A stretch of 64,000 nt of DNA from Eledone cirrhosa (lineage: Eukaryota). Position 1 is the first letter of the stretch. Every line of letters starts with the position of its first letter. Both the position numbers and the translations under genes were made by a program. Shown piece by piece: positions 28,238-41,843 of the stretch. The notes below the pieces were generated by a model that was not told where the DNA came from, did not search any database, and saw nothing but the letters and a program-made list of their open reading frames with translations. The DNA is taken from positions 269,886,001-269,950,000 of the forward strand of contig OZ024740.1 in assembly GCA_964016885.1 (NCBI GenBank), given 5' to 3'.

Positions 28238-31200
28238 ATGAAAAGAACAACATACACAAAAGTCAACGCACTCTACAGACAAAAACGCATCAACGGTAAG
28301 GAAATCCGAAATCTCATCACAGCAAACGAGAGAGATGACTTCATGAGCGTCATCCGACGCGAAACGAAATATGCTCAAAACGAATGCTGTAGGCATTTCA
28401 AGAAGAAATTAGAATGGATGAATAAGAAAAAACTACAAGAAAGGAAAATCGAATATTCTCAAAAATACCCAGATAACATCGACAACATCCGTATGAGTGA
28501 TGTAAAACTACCGGAAGAATTTACCAATGACCACACAGTAAATATCTATGGGAACACTTTAATCAGTGAACAAGAACAACAAATCCTAAAGTTACCACCA
28601 AAATTTGCCATCTACAAAAAGATTAACCCTATGGAATGCAAAACGGAGCTGGAAAAGTGTTTCACAAAAATACGTTGGAATGCAAAGGTAAACAACAACA
28701 ACAATAATAACGGTAATAGTAATATAAACAATAACTCTGGGTATAGAAATAACAGCCATAACCATAACAATGGCAGGAAAGTGAGAAATAGTGATAATGG
28801 TAATAATACTAGCGATAGACAGAACAACAACAACCACAATAATAATAATAATAGAAACGTTAACCACAGACACAGCAACAGTGACCACAGTAGTAATAAC
28901 GGTAACAATACGAACAACAACAACAACAATAACCACAGTGGTAATAATGGAAATAGTACATGTAGCAACATCAACAAAAACAAGAAACATAATAATAGTA
29001 ACAACCACAATGGTAGAAATAGCAGTAACAACAACAACAATAACGGTGAAGTAAACAACAATACATCTAGCAATCATAACAATAATAATATTAATGCTAA
29101 TGATAGAAACAACAACAACCACCATGATAACAATAATAGCAACACACACAACTATGACGATAGAAATAACGACAACCCCTTAGAGAAACTATTTTTCAAC
29201 CCAGCTGACAAAACATATAAGATGGGTAATATCTATCCTACGAGGTTACCCTTTAATAAAAGAGTTTGCATACCACATCAAATAGATGACGAGACGGAGG
29301 CACAGTTCACCATAGCTAGAAATAAGATTAGACAAGTAGTAGACAGGTACACTATGAGACAGAGCAGACCAGAGGCCCAACAACTTGGGATAAAACCTGT
29401 AGAAGGCTTGGTTAGCCTCAAGCAGCGCACAAGGGATGGTGAGGTAGTGTGTCTACCCACAGATAAGTCTGGTAGGATGTCAATAGATAGCATGCCGAAC
29501 TACATCGAGGCAATGCAACCCCACATCACCAACACGAGCGAAGTTGCACAACTAACACACGATGGGAGAGAAAAAATCCTCAACGCTCACATGATGATGT
29601 GGACTGACATCCTAAAGCCAAGCAGACGCACTGCCAACAACTTCCAGGCGTCTAACAATGGCATACCACCCTTGTATGGGCTCCGCAAAGACCACAAGAC
29701 AGTCGACGACCCGACAACAGGACCACCAACAAGACCCGTATGCGGAGCTAATATAGCTAGCAACTACAGGATCTCCTACTTCCTCTCAATGGTTATACGC
29801 CCCATAATCAAGATGTCCCCAGATGTATGTGAAAGTACAGAGGACCTCCTCAGCAGAATCAGTGAGTGCAACAAAAACAGGAGCCTATCCAACTGCATAA
29901 TAGGCAGCATGGATGTGGTGTCACTGTACCCATCCATTAACATTGATTTTGCTGTGAAAAGATGTGTGGAGATGATCATTGAGAGTGAGGTGGAGTTCTG
30001 CGACGTCGACACAGACGAACTGGGCCTCCTACTTAGACTTACCCACGACACTGACTACCTAGACAGCCATGACCTTAGATGTTTCTGCCCTAGTAGACCT
30101 ATAAGAGGTAGACCCCCCACCATAACCTCAATGGCTAAAAAGACTCCCATAGGAAGGTGGATTGGGTGGACCAAAGCTATACGGACCCCCCAAAACACTG
30201 ATCAGGTAAGAAAAATGGTCGCACATGCAATAGGGGCTAGTATCAAAACTACCCTAAAGGGCCACATATTTAAGTTCAATGAGAAAATCTACACCCAAAA
30301 TGAGGGAGCAGCCATCGGCGTCAGCATAGCTGGTGATGTTGCCAACCTTTTCATGGTATGGTGGGAAAGGAGACTTAAAGATCTCCTTAATGAAAGCTCC
30401 ATAGACCTCATCATGTACTCTCGTTATGTAGACGATATCAATATAGTTATAAGAACACCCCCACTAGAGAGCACTAACAAGTTTGATTTAGAACGTAGCA
30501 CGATGGAAAGCATCCAGCAGATAGCTAATTCCATACACCAGAGTATAACTGTAACTATAGACTTCCCTTCCAAACACCCTAACAATAGACTACCTGTATT
30601 AGACACAGAACTCTGGATTAACACTATAGACGAGAGAGCCCAAATTCTCCACTCACACTATGCTAAACCCATGGCCTCCAAATACCTGATACTCAAAAAC
30701 TCAGCAATGTCCAGTAGTGCTAAGTTTAATATTCTGATCGCAGATTTGGTACGAGTGATGAAGAATGTGTCCAGCATGTGCGACCCAACAGAAATGGAAG
30801 GACACATCCAACACTTCATCAACCGCATGCAGTTCTCTGGCTACAACCAAAGAGACAGAGTCAGAGTATACGAAGGAGCCATGGAAAAGTATAAGACCCT
30901 CATAGAACTGGACATGAAAGGAATTTGCCCACTATACAGGAGCAAATCATGGAATAGCTTAGATAGGGCTAGACATAAGATAGGGAAGGCCACATCATGG
31001 TACGACAACCAGAGATATCAGAGTGTCATGTTTGTGGACGCCACCCATGGAGGGAAATTAGCTAACCAGTGTAGAAAGGCCCTGAGAAAGACCCACTTAA
31101 AAATAAAGGTGGTAGAAAAGCCAGGAACCACCATAAAATCCCTGATCAGCAAAACCTACCCTATTAAGAAAACCCACTGTACCAATAGGAAATGTATCAT

Positions 31201-31582
31201 ATGTAAGGTGAACCTCCGGATAAACTGTAAAACTAGAAACGTAGTCTATAGCATAAGATGTACAGAGGGTACTTGCAGAAACACGACAACAACATACATA
31301 GGTGAGACAGCTTGTAGCATAGGTGAAAGGATAGACCAACACTGGGGGGAACTAAAAGGACGAAAAAACGGGTCAGTACTATACGAACATGCTAGACAAC
31401 AACATGACGGTAACATAGACAACATAGAAATTAGAATATTATCTAAACATAGGAATGACCCAGCAGATAGGCAAATCAGAGAGGCCAGTGAAATAGAAAT
31501 TAGAAGACCAAAGCTAAACAGAAAGAATGAGTGGAACAACAACAACACCCAAACAAACAACACTGACCTAAGAGAAGTATAA
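28238..31582 (+). CDS. Penelope-like retroelement protein: N-terminal domain, Asn-rich insert, reverse transcriptase, GIY-YIG endonuclease (probably 5'-truncated)
   Basis: LPTDKSGR, LYGLRKDHK, PTRPVCG, GSMDVVSLYPSI, YTQ.EGAAIG, SRYVDD, LPVLD, CxxC, NVVYSI.C...YIGET...ERI.QH, E..EI....PKLN. The frame is open upstream of the ATG through the inversion junction. Confidence 0.95.
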   Translation: MKRTTYTKVNALYRQKRINGKEIRNLITANERDDFMSVIRRETKYAQNECCRHFKKKLEWMNKKKLQERKIEYSQKYPDNIDNIRMSDVKLPEEFTNDHTVNIYGNTLISEQEQQILKLPPKFAIYKKINPMECKTELEKCFTKIRWNAKVNNNNNNNGNSNINNNSGYRNNSHNHNNGRKVRNSDNGNNTSDRQNNNNHNNNNNRNVNHRHSNSDHSSNNGNNTNNNNNNNHSGNNGNSTCSNINKNKKHNNSNNHNGRNSSNNNNNNGEVNNNTSSNHNNNNINANDRNNNNHHDNNNSNTHNYDDRNNDNPLEKLFFNPADKTYKMGNIYPTRLPFNKRVCIPHQIDDETEAQFTIARNKIRQVVDRYTMRQSRPEAQQLGIKPVEGLVSLKQRTRDGEVVCLPTDKSGRMSIDSMPNYIEAMQPHITNTSEVAQLTHDGREKILNAHMMMWTDILKPSRRTANNFQASNNGIPPLYGLRKDHKTVDDPTTGPPTRPVCGANIASNYRISYFLSMVIRPIIKMSPDVCESTEDLLSRISECNKNRSLSNCIIGSMDVVSLYPSINIDFAVKRCVEMIIESEVEFCDVDTDELGLLLRLTHDTDYLDSHDLRCFCPSRPIRGRPPTITSMAKKTPIGRWIGWTKAIRTPQNTDQVRKMVAHAIGASIKTTLKGHIFKFNEKIYTQNEGAAIGVSIAGDVANLFMVWWERRLKDLLNESSIDLIMYSRYVDDINIVIRTPPLESTNKFDLERSTMESIQQIANSIHQSITVTIDFPSKHPNNRLPVLDTELWINTIDERAQILHSHYAKPMASKYLILKNSAMSSSAKFNILIADLVRVMKNVSSMCDPTEMEGHIQHFINRMQFSGYNQRDRVRVYEGAMEKYKTLIELDMKGICPLYRSKSWNSLDRARHKIGKATSWYDNQRYQSVMFVDATHGGKLANQCRKALRKTHLKIKVVEKPGTTIKSLISKTYPIKKTHCTNRKCIICKVNLRINCKTRNVVYSIRCTEGTCRNTTTTYIGETACSIGERIDQHWGELKGRKNGSVLYEHARQQHDGNIDNIEIRILSKHRNDPADRQIREASEIEIRRPKLNRKNEWNNNNTQTNNTDLREV

Positions 31583-31854
31583 ATAAATAAGTAAATTAAA
31601 TAAAATAAATAAAATAAGATAAATAAATACATACACAAGCACATAAACACACACTAGTCACCCAGCAGACACAACACTATACACACTAGTCACACATCAC
31701 ACATAACACTATACACACACGCAAACGCATGCGCAAAGAAGACAAAATAAAATAAGATAAACAAACAAGCAAATAAATAAATAAATATATAGACAGACTG
31801 AACAAAAAAAAAATGGCGTAGACATACAACACAACAGGAGGAACAATGAATATA

Positions 31855-31900
31855 ACACCACTGACGATGTTGCAGATGTGCAACGAAAGATTTATGTAAA
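31855..31900 (+). ncRNA. Hammerhead ribozyme motif in the PLE 3' pLTR (inverted copy at ~27265-27310)
   Basis: ca CTGACGA t gttgca gatg tgcaac GAAA gattta tg: canonical core, 6-bp stem II, short stems I and III. Confidence 0.7.
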
Positions 31901-32112
31901 TTATGTAAACTATATATATATGTGTTTGTCTATATTGTATCTGTATTATTTTTGACCGCCGGTCAGTCAATGGCAACATTGAGGACCGAGTAAGTTAGAT
32001 CGCAGATATATATATATATAAAAGACAGCGAGAAGCGAAAACCAACCAAACAGTGAGTGTGTTCTGTTATTAATTCTGGCAATATTACGCAAATATGACC
32101 CTCCCCAAATAT

Positions 32113-32224
<112 letters not shown>

Positions 32225-32289
32225 CATACATGCATACATACCTACCTACATACATATATACAAACGCAGATATATACATACACACATAC

Positions 32290-32888
32290 ATGGTGGCTGC
32301 CAGCTCGTTTTCGAGTACGGCAACTACTTTATATCCATGTAAGAGAACCCCTACCGATGCGCTGAACGAGTGTGACTTTTTAGTCTAGCCATCGTCTTGA
32401 AAACTCTGGTACAAACACTACACTTGTGACTATTATTGACACACAGTGCTGGGCCCATGGTACCATGTGACGACAAGTGCAGAGAGATCTCCAGATATAA
32501 AGCAATGCTTGTGCCGTGAAGCTTTTATAGTGAGCAAAGGCACTGCACAAAGCCAGTCCCACTCTCTTAACCAAGTTGATATTTACCAAAAAGAAGAACA
32601 AGTCAACATCATTGGATACCATCAGGGTTGCAGGTGTTATATCAGAGTTTTCCTTCTCCTAGAATTCTGCCTTGACAAAAGCTAAGGGGTCATCTCTCTC
32701 GGTGATTTTTGATGGCCATTGACTCTTACGAGCTCCTTTGCCCTTTGACAGGTTTTGTTTTTAGTCCTGCAGGATGTCCAAAGTCACCCTCCTCACCAAG
32801 AAACCTTGGTGGGGTTGGCAGTTTAGTCGCCAACGACCCGACCATGAGACAGGTTGTACTGGGATACATGTTACCAGTAGCACCAACA
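32290..32888 (-). mobile_element. Full-length ~600 bp non-autonomous RTE-derived element
   Basis: Reverse complement of 51431-52037; flanked by (TACA)n on both sides. Confidence 0.8.
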
Positions 32889-33584
32889 TACATTCATACA
32901 TACAAACACACATACATACATACATACATACATACATACATACATACATACATACATACATACATACATACATACATACCTAAAAACATACATTGATGAA
33001 GTCAACTCGTGACCGGAATAAGTATTTGAAAGATTCAATCATCCAGTTCTTATGTATGATTATTTATTCACTGATGATATCTTATGTGGCTCATTTGATC
33101 TGCAAGGCCTGCTTTGAAAAAGGAAACTCGGCCACATTCATCACGGGAAAGATATTCTTTCGTTGCCTTCTCATACATACAATACATACACATACATACA
33201 TATATGCATACATATATACATACACACATACAGTCATGCATACATATGTAAAACATTCCAAAAATTCTGCATGTACCGATACAAAACATTTACACATGCA
33301 CACACATAACTTAAAGCTTACACATGCCCCCATACAATAACATACATACCTGTAAACACACGTACGCATGCATATATGCATACATATCTAAATAGTTGTT
33401 GTTGTCTTAATTCCAATGAAAGAGCATTGTGTCTATGTTACAAACCAACTCTCCCTCTCCGTCATTAGGTAAACATTTATAAAATTATAAAACCAGAACG
33501 TACATACATACGTACATACATGCATACATACATACAAATATACATACGTACATTACATAAATACATACATACATACATACATAT

Positions 33585-34005
33585 ATACAACCGGCCGGAT
33601 ATTGTTGTTTGGGACCACACAATGAATACGTGTTCTGTTGTGGAGATCAGCTGCCCACTTGATGTAAACGTTGTCAGAAAAATACAGGAGAAGGACATCT
33701 ACGGACCATTAATGAGGAGTTTACAAATTCAGTATCCAAGATACACCTTTAGCTTCATACCCATCATTATTGGAGCTAGGGGTTATATACCAATCCGCTT
33801 GGACCAGTGTATAATTGAACTTGGATTTGTGGATAAAGAGCGCAGCTACCTAATTCATAGTCTACAGATCGCTGCGATAGCTGGCACCTTCAACATTTGC
33901 AAAACATTCTTGCGATTCAAGGAATGGCAATTTCTTTTATTTACAGCCTTGCCATCGGGAAGGTGGCCGCTCAAAAATATACTCGAAATTAAGAGAAAAA
34001 GATAA
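33585..34005 (+). mobile_element. RLE non-LTR 3' fragment (distinct subfamily)
   Basis: NRPDIVVWD..CSVVEISCP.D.N..K...YGPL...FIPIIIGARG. Confidence 0.85.
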
Positions 34006-34027
34006 ACATACATACATACATACATAG

Positions 34028-34885
34028 CAGGCAAAACACCTAGATGTGATAACAAGTGCAGAATTAACACCGAAGACGTCACCCATGTCATAAGCAGCCG
34101 CCCAAAGATGTTATCACTTTACTATCTACTTATGAGGCATGATGTAGTGACCAAAACACTGTACAATGCAATCCGTAGAAAAGATAGCCCCGATAATAAA
34201 CACATTAAAAGCTACAGCAATGTGGAACACATACACATACATAATACGAAAGAGTACTGGTAGAATATTGCAGTAAAAACCCCAATAAAATGCAGGCATA
34301 ATATACCAGATATAATTATATGGCACAGAGCAAATAAGGCATGCACAGTAGTGGAAGTTAGCTGCCCAGCAGATGCCAATATAATATTAAAGATTAGCGA
34401 AAATGAGAATATCAATGCAGAACTAATGAGAAATCTGCAGATACTCCACCCTGATTACACCTTCAGATTTATGCCTGTGATTATTAGGGCACTACAGTAT
34501 GTTAATAACTGCCGCAATACAAATCTTGAGAAGCTGGGCTTCACAGGAACAGAAAGAACACAACTAGTTAGGAAATTACAAATGCAATCCATTAATGGAA
34601 CAGTAAAAATATGTAAAACATTCCAAAGATTTTGCATATGATAACTACATATACATATGTACAGATACAAAGCATATGCACATGCACACATATAACTCAA
34701 AACAACCACATCCGGACATACAATAATATCCATACCTATACGCACACGCATGCATGCAGACATGCAGACATATCTACATTGTTCATGTTGCCTAAATTCC
34801 AATGAGGGAGTCTTGTATCTATGTTAGAAACCGACTCTCTTCCTATTGGTAAACATTTGTAAAATTATAAAACCAGAAGAACATA
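34028..34885 (+). mobile_element. R4/Dong-like RLE 3' fragment
   Basis: Same family as 21690-22565; ORF 34351-34641. Confidence 0.85.
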
Positions 34886-35565
34886 CATATTCATACATAT
34901 GTACATACACAAGTACATTAAATATTCCTATAGTGAGGCCGTCCAGAAAATCCAATTCTGCTAATCAGACAAGAATAATTTCTTATACATGTTCGACTGT
35001 TTATTCTTTTTTCAATAAAAGCAACTCTCAACGCTTATTATTGTATCTCCTGGATAGCAGATGACCTAGCTGAATTACTAATCATAAAATCTAATGTTTT
35101 ATACTGTTATTAACGTGACTAATATGATTAATAACCAATAGTTCAATCTACGTACTACATAGATGCAATGTAATTTATTCAGCATATTGTCAAAATTATT
35201 AGGAGCAATGTGCATTTTGAAAAATTTCATATTTCTTTCATATTATAGTTAAACCACTTTCTATATATTATAAATAGTTACACATTTCTCGTGTTTGAGT
35301 GGTTACTAGGAAAATTCTGTTGCAGATTTGAAGCATGATCAATAATATTTTTGAATGTATAATTATAATTTCACATGTTATAACAAGCATTAATATTAAG
35401 GCGTATCTTATATAATGAATAACCTTGAATATTCAATTATCGCTTGATGTTGCTCTTGCCAAGAATAAGTATTTATTATTTGAAAAGTCACACAGGGAAG
35501 AATATTAATTGGATATTTAGAGTAATTTATTACTGTCTTTTTAAAGTAGAAATGAGTAGAAATAC

Positions 35566-35641
35566 CAATATGAACTGAATGTTGAAATAATATGCTAGAA
35601 ATAATAAAACTGATTAGAATATTGCTTATAGCCATGGCAGT
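35566..35641 (-). CDS. Candidate host exon with start codon and signal-peptide-like sequence (MAISNILISFIISSILFQHSVHI)
   Basis: cattttcag|actGCCATGGct...attg|gtattt: AG/GT bounded, Kozak-like ATG at 35635, hydrophobic core. No homology recognised. Confidence 0.3.
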
Positions 35642-35984
35642 CTGAAAATGTCAGCCCTCATTCGATTACAGAAGTTAAGTCATGATGAGGCTGATTAAGC
35701 TTTAACGTTTTGAAAACCCACGAACGCTAAACATCTTCGATGACCACAAATGTTGTTGTGCAGTCAAACGGGGATCATTATTGATTATATTTATATACGA
35801 AGTTCTTCCAGCCCTGACCGGCCCTTATTAAATTTAGGCGTAATATATATAGGAGCACATTATCCATTACGACATTTTCTTATATGAAAGTGTGTGATGT
35901 GAGAAATTTGGCTGCTAAGAAAAAACGAATTAGGCACGAACAGAATATATAAGATCATGGGTATTTTGGTTCACAGCTTCTGTA

Positions 35985-36300
35985 GGCACTTCGTCGGTTA
36001 CGACGATGAGTGTTCCAATTGATCCGATCAATGGAACAGCCTGCTCATGAAATTAACGTGAAAGTGGCTGAGCATTCCACAAACACGAGTACACTTAACG
36101 TAGTTCTCAGGAAGATTCAGCGTGACACAGAATATGACAAGGCTGGCCTTTCGAACTACAGGTACAACTCACTTTTACCAGCTGAGTGGACTGGAGCAAC
36201 GGGAAATAAAGGACACAGTGTGCTCAAGGACACAATATGCCACCGAGAATCGAACTCACAATCTTATGATTGTGAGCTGAATACCGTAACCACAAAGCTT
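35985..36300 (-). mobile_element. Second SINE family copy
   Basis: Reverse complement of 21348-21670. Confidence 0.75.
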
Positions 36301-37814
36301 CACAGTTTAACGAGCAGCTAAATGATAACAACAGCTGCATCAAAAAAGATTAATGGTCGAAATTCGTTAAGGTGTTAGACGGTCCTAAGTAACCGTTACT
36401 ATGATATTAGCAGGTCTTTTTAAATTTCTGTTTGACGTCCCTGATATGTAGCTCGAAAAGATGTAAGTGAGAGTATTGATGTTGTTGGAAAGGCAGATTG
36501 GGCGAAGTGAGAGGGGTGACAAACATGACTGATGAATGGAGACAGCCGCCAGGTTGAGCGGATTCGTATGGATGTGTATCCTGTGGGCTAATTCTAACGT
36601 GTAAATTGCGGTAGCAGCAGAAAGGGTAAAGTGAGAGGAGAGCTGTGGACTAGAGTGTGAAGGGAGTTGGTGAATGGCTCTTTAGGCTTACATCAGATGG
36701 ATGTCCTTTTGGATGGCGTCTAGGATCGTATTTAGTACTACAGCAGTGCCACTCTTGGTAGGTCTTACTTGAAGTTTGCAATGAGTCAGCAGTTATGAGA
36801 ATCTTGGATATTCTTTGGCACTTACTAGGATTCATAGTTTGGGTGATCGATATTATTACTGTCAGGATGTGACAGATCATCAAACATTGTGAAGCGAACT
36901 ATTAATAGAAATGTTGATGATTTGTATTGCGTATTGCCATCAAATAGGGAGACTGAGTAAAATGGAATTTCCATGATATGAGTAGACAATATGCATGTGC
37001 ATTGTTAAGTGAGACACGTCTCCATTAAATACTGTTTTCGATTTTTTTATCAAATATGTAAAGCAGGTTGGCGTAGGTTCTTTTGGGGGGCTGCTTCAGA
37101 ATGATATCTCTGTGTGGATGGTTAAGTAGTGAAAAGGGATTTCATCGGCTTCAAGTAGTGATATGATTCGCCGGAATCATTAAACATACATAGATCATAC
37201 ACAGATCATACATAGTATGAAACGTGGGTTAAATGAGCTTCATCTGCACACACTGAAATTTAACAGGGAGCACCTAACCCAATAGTGAATACATGCGCAG
37301 TTGTTGAGTGAGTAATGTTTTATAAAATACCAAAGACTTTTGTAAGATTAATATAGTGCATAATATAGACTTTTGTAAGATTAAGTAGTGCATGATATAA
37401 AATATCTGGAAAAATGTAATAAAATAAAAGTTTGGACAACTAGGACTGGTTAAAACAGAACATAGCCATAGAATACTGTAGAGTTAAAAAATAAGAAGAA
37501 TTTGGCGATTTCAAATCAAAAACTAAAGACAGCTTTAATAGAATAAATTTATTTACAGAAAAATCTAACGAAATTTTATTTACATATAGACATTTACTTG
37601 ACAGGTATTGTCCAATAAAATATACAGAAAAAGAAAGCAGCTTTCGAAAGGACTATAAATGCCATATTGCGAGTTTGTAAGAATAGTGAGAAATTGGCAC
37701 CCAGACGTAAATATAGACATAGATAAAGAGATTAAAGGAAAAATATAATAAAGTGTGAGTGGATAGAAACAGGAAAAGTTAAATAAATATTGAGAAATAT
37801 GAATAGATATCAAT

Positions 37815-38632
37815 AATGATTTCTAGTATAGGCACAAGGCCAGTAATTTGGAGGAGGGGAAAGTCGATTAAATCGACACCAGTACGTTACTGGTGCATTA
37901 TTTTATCGACCCCGTGAGGATAAAAGGCAAAGTTAACTTCGGCGGGATTTAAAATCAGACCGTAAAGGACCGTAACTCTGCTTGCTACAAAGCATGGTGT
38001 CCGATACTGCCAATCCACCGCCCTTATATAGATATCAATAATGAAAAGACAAAAAAATGAGATGAAATGAAATTATGAAAATATGAAAAATGAAAACGAT
38101 GAATGAAAAGTGAAAATAAATGAAACGCGATTGAACGGGAATACAGTACATTGAATGGGAACCTGATTCTGAACCATGGCATACACAGAACAGGACATAG
38201 TCTGATGTTCTGCAGAATAAACAGACAGATGGACCAGCAAACATCTTGTGGTGAGACATACACCGAAATTAAAACAAAATGTTTTAATTTAACAAATAGT
38301 GTTTAGAGGATTTGACCAACAAGTGATTGTGAGAATAAAAGTGTTCCAAATGTAGAACGGTTTTAGACAGTAATTGTTTGGTATTATAACTTTGCCTTTC
38401 ATCCTTACGGGGTCAAAGAAATAAAGTAGCAGTAATGCACTAGTGAATTGCTGGCCTTGTGCGAAAAGTAGAAACAATTATATCGGCAGAGGGTCGGATG
38501 CCATGCTTTGCAGCATAGAGTTACGGCCCTTTACGATCTGAGTTCAATTCCCGCCGAGGTTAACGTTGCAACTAAAGAACCAATAATGCACTGGGGTAAT
38601 TGCTGGCCTTGTACTAAAAGTAGAAACACTTA
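37815..38632. mobile_element. Cluster of tRNA-derived SINE copies (37815-38023 minus; two partial copies 38388-38632 plus)
   Basis: Shared SINE body. Confidence 0.8.
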
Positions 38633-38889
38633 TAAGTAGATTGCAATAGCCACGTCAGTAGATGCCGCAAAATATGAAGTAGATATTGAAGACGGAAATT
38701 TTTAGTCTAATGAAGGTATCTCTCAACGTAAATTTAATAGGGAATATTATTGGAATAGTTTTCTTAGTGTATTATAAGATGACATAAAGGGTACTAGCTG
38801 GTTTTAGATATTCTCTACTCAACGAAAAGGATATATTTTCGATTCATATTTCCCCTATGTATAGGAATATGTATTGAAATCAGCAATGC

Positions 38890-38951
<62 letters not shown>

Positions 38952-39002
38952 TATATATTTATTAAATCTTTGGATTTTAGTCTTCAAATTTATTATTATT
39001 AC

Positions 39003-39047
<45 letters not shown>

Positions 39048-39284
39048 TGGTACCTAATTAGATTTATATATATATACTGGTACCTAATTAGATTTAAAAT
39101 ATCTTTAGCCCAATCATATATTCCAAACCCATACAGACCTTAGTGTTACATTACGAAACAATGCTTTTGCCTAAGGAATGATGATAATAACGTTGATACA
39201 TGCAAATGAAATATTATCGGAAGATCTCTGAAGTGTCTGGAATTATTTCTTCCATTGCATACAAGTAATATGAAGAATATTTAC

Positions 39285-39440
39285 CTCATTGGAATAGAGA
39301 ATAATATATTCTTGCAGAAGATTCTTTTGGCTAAATTTAATTTCGTTTGTCACCGAGCTTCTGTGTAGTTTGGACGAAAATAGAATTCCTACAAATAATT
39401 GTTTGCTACACGCAACTGCCTTCTTTTCACTTAAATGTGA
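39285..39440 (-). other. Candidate spliced exon (156 nt, open in phase 0)
   Basis: tttgtttttctttcag|tcacat...aatgag|gtaaat: strong acceptor and donor. Confidence 0.3.
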
Positions 39441-40030
39441 CTGAAAGAAAAACAAAATGCAAACACGCATATATAGAAACATATGATGTATACATATAAA
39501 TATGGACAGACGTGTAGTTGCATGTTCAACTGTCTTCTTGTAATGACAAAATATTGTTCGTTTGGTATCATCGTTTTAAATTAATATTCATATTGATAAG
39601 GACATACATGTATAATTTAAGACCTATTTCCTATAGCTAATATAGCTTCGCTATTATTTGATAATATATTCAGCTTTACAAATGTCGTAAGTCCTCTGTG
39701 ATACTTGGGAGTACGACAATACCTCTATCTACATTTATACCCGCGACTTATTTGAAATATTACACCCATCACCTTTCCTATCCAACACTCTGGCTTTCTT
39801 GGATTCTTACGCCCTCATATCATCCTTCTTGTTCGTTATCCCACTCCTCAATATTTTCTTCCTATTGTACGGAGAATAAGATCGACGAAATATTATATTC
39901 TACACTTCTGAAGGCAAAGAAACCTTTTCATTTACCTGAACGTTAAGTGGGCTGTTTTTTATCGATGGAAATTATCACCATTGTCCTGGAAACCCAAGAA
40001 TATATTTGGAAATTATTACCGTAGTAAGTA

Positions 40031-41843
40031 ATAATTGTTTCTACTCTTGGCACAATGCCAGCAATTACGCAGTGCATTACTGGTACTTTATTTTATCGAC
40101 CCCGTAAGGATGAAAGGCAAAGTTTAACTCGGCGGGATTTTTACAAACATTATTACTTACCGTAGTAAGTAATAATTGTTTCTACTTTTGGCACAAGGCC
40201 AGCAATTAACCCAGTGTATTACTGGTACTTTATTTTATCGACCCCGAAAGGATGAAAGGCAAAGTTAACCTCGGCGGGATTTGAACTCAGAATGGCAAGG
40301 AATAATGTATGTAAAATGTAAAACGTGAAGAGCATTTGGTTTGCAATCGAGAGGCTGTAAGATCGCGGTCCGGGTGAGGCATTGTATTTCACGTTGTTCC
40401 AGTTTACTCAGGTGTAGAAATGAGTTGCTACGTCACTGGTGCTGTTCTGTATCAACTTTTGCCTTTCCCTTTGCCATCATCGGTGGCGGGGCGAGGAGAG
40501 GTTGGTATGCATGAGTGACTGCTTGTCTTCCATGAACAAACTTGCCCGGATTTGTACCTCGGAGAGGAACTTTCTCGGTGCAACTCTCATGGTCATTCGT
40601 GACCGAAGGGTTCTTTACCCTTACACTTTATATAAAAGGTTTAAATACTTTAAACATTAAAAGAGTAGAATACTGATAATTTTACGTTTTCTAGTACTTC
40701 AGTATCAGAAAATTTGAATTTAGTGAAATTTTTCGCGATACTAGACATTACATTACTGGGCGGTGGATTGGAAGTATCGGTAGAGAGTCGGACACCATGC
40801 TTTGCAGCATATAGTTATGGCCTTTAGGTTTTGAGTTCAAATCCCGCCGAGGTTAGGTTTGCCTTTCATCCTTACGGGATCGATAAAATAAAGCACCAGA
40901 AAAGTACTGGGGTCGATTTAATTGACTCCCCCCGACAAAAAAAAAAAAAAAAAAATTACTGTCCTTGTGCCTATACTCGAAATCATTATTAAATATATTA
41001 TTCTTGAAATATGCTCATTCCTATTCAATATTTTTTTTATGGACCATTGTCTGAATTTTGTCATTCCAGAACATCTTCATACACAACGACGAGATATTAA
41101 ATAGTATAACCCTATTCTAGAAGAGCCCTTTAATAATTACTTTAAATAATGTGTGTGGATTTGGGTCAAAGACACACACAAACAGAATGGACTTCGAACA
41201 TTTGAAAACATTTTTATTTATTATGTTTCTGAACTGTTTATTTTCTAACATCGATTTACTGCTTTTAAATTAAAAATGTAGTCTCTGGTATTTTTTAAAA
41301 TGTAAAACTTCGTCTTAATATCTATTGATTTGCTGTTCTCCTTATAGATTATTTTAAATCTTTATGATAAGTATATTCATTGTTATATGGTGGACATAAG
41401 CAATCGACACTCCACTATAGGTGATTATATAAAAAAACAAATAAGGATAGTATTCAGAGAACAAGAGTTCAATAATGCAACTATTGTGTAATACATCTGT
41501 TACAATAATATCCAATATTGCCAACATTTCTGATAGGTAACAGATATTTTATTACCAAATTCGAAATATTTTTTTTATACAGAAACGCTGATTAAATGTT
41601 CGGCTGTTCAGTGAATTAGATGTTAAAATGTTGCCCCCCACACACAACAGAACTACTGTGTACAGGTATCAGTAGTTAGCATGAGGCAGTAGAGTTGATT
41701 ATTAATAATGGTTTCTTATATAGGCCCAAGGCCAGTAATTTGGGGGGACGGGAAAGTCGATTAAATCGACACCAGTGCGTGACTGGTACTTTATTTTATC
41801 GACCCCATAAGGATGAAAGGCAAAGTTAACCTCGGCGGGATTT
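40031..41843. mobile_element. SINE copies (two at 40031-40291 minus; other SINE 40335-40622 plus; 40758-40988 plus; 41704-41843 minus)
   Basis: Shared SINE bodies. Confidence 0.8.

Noticed and set aside
28592-29149. Hydrophobic antisense ORFs (185 and 153 aa)
   Set aside because: Reverse-strand shadows of the AAC/AAT-rich segment.
36330-37230. Possible old LINE relics (also ~19800-20870 and ~57600-58060)
   Set aside because: Composition is suggestive but no diagnostic motif could be read.
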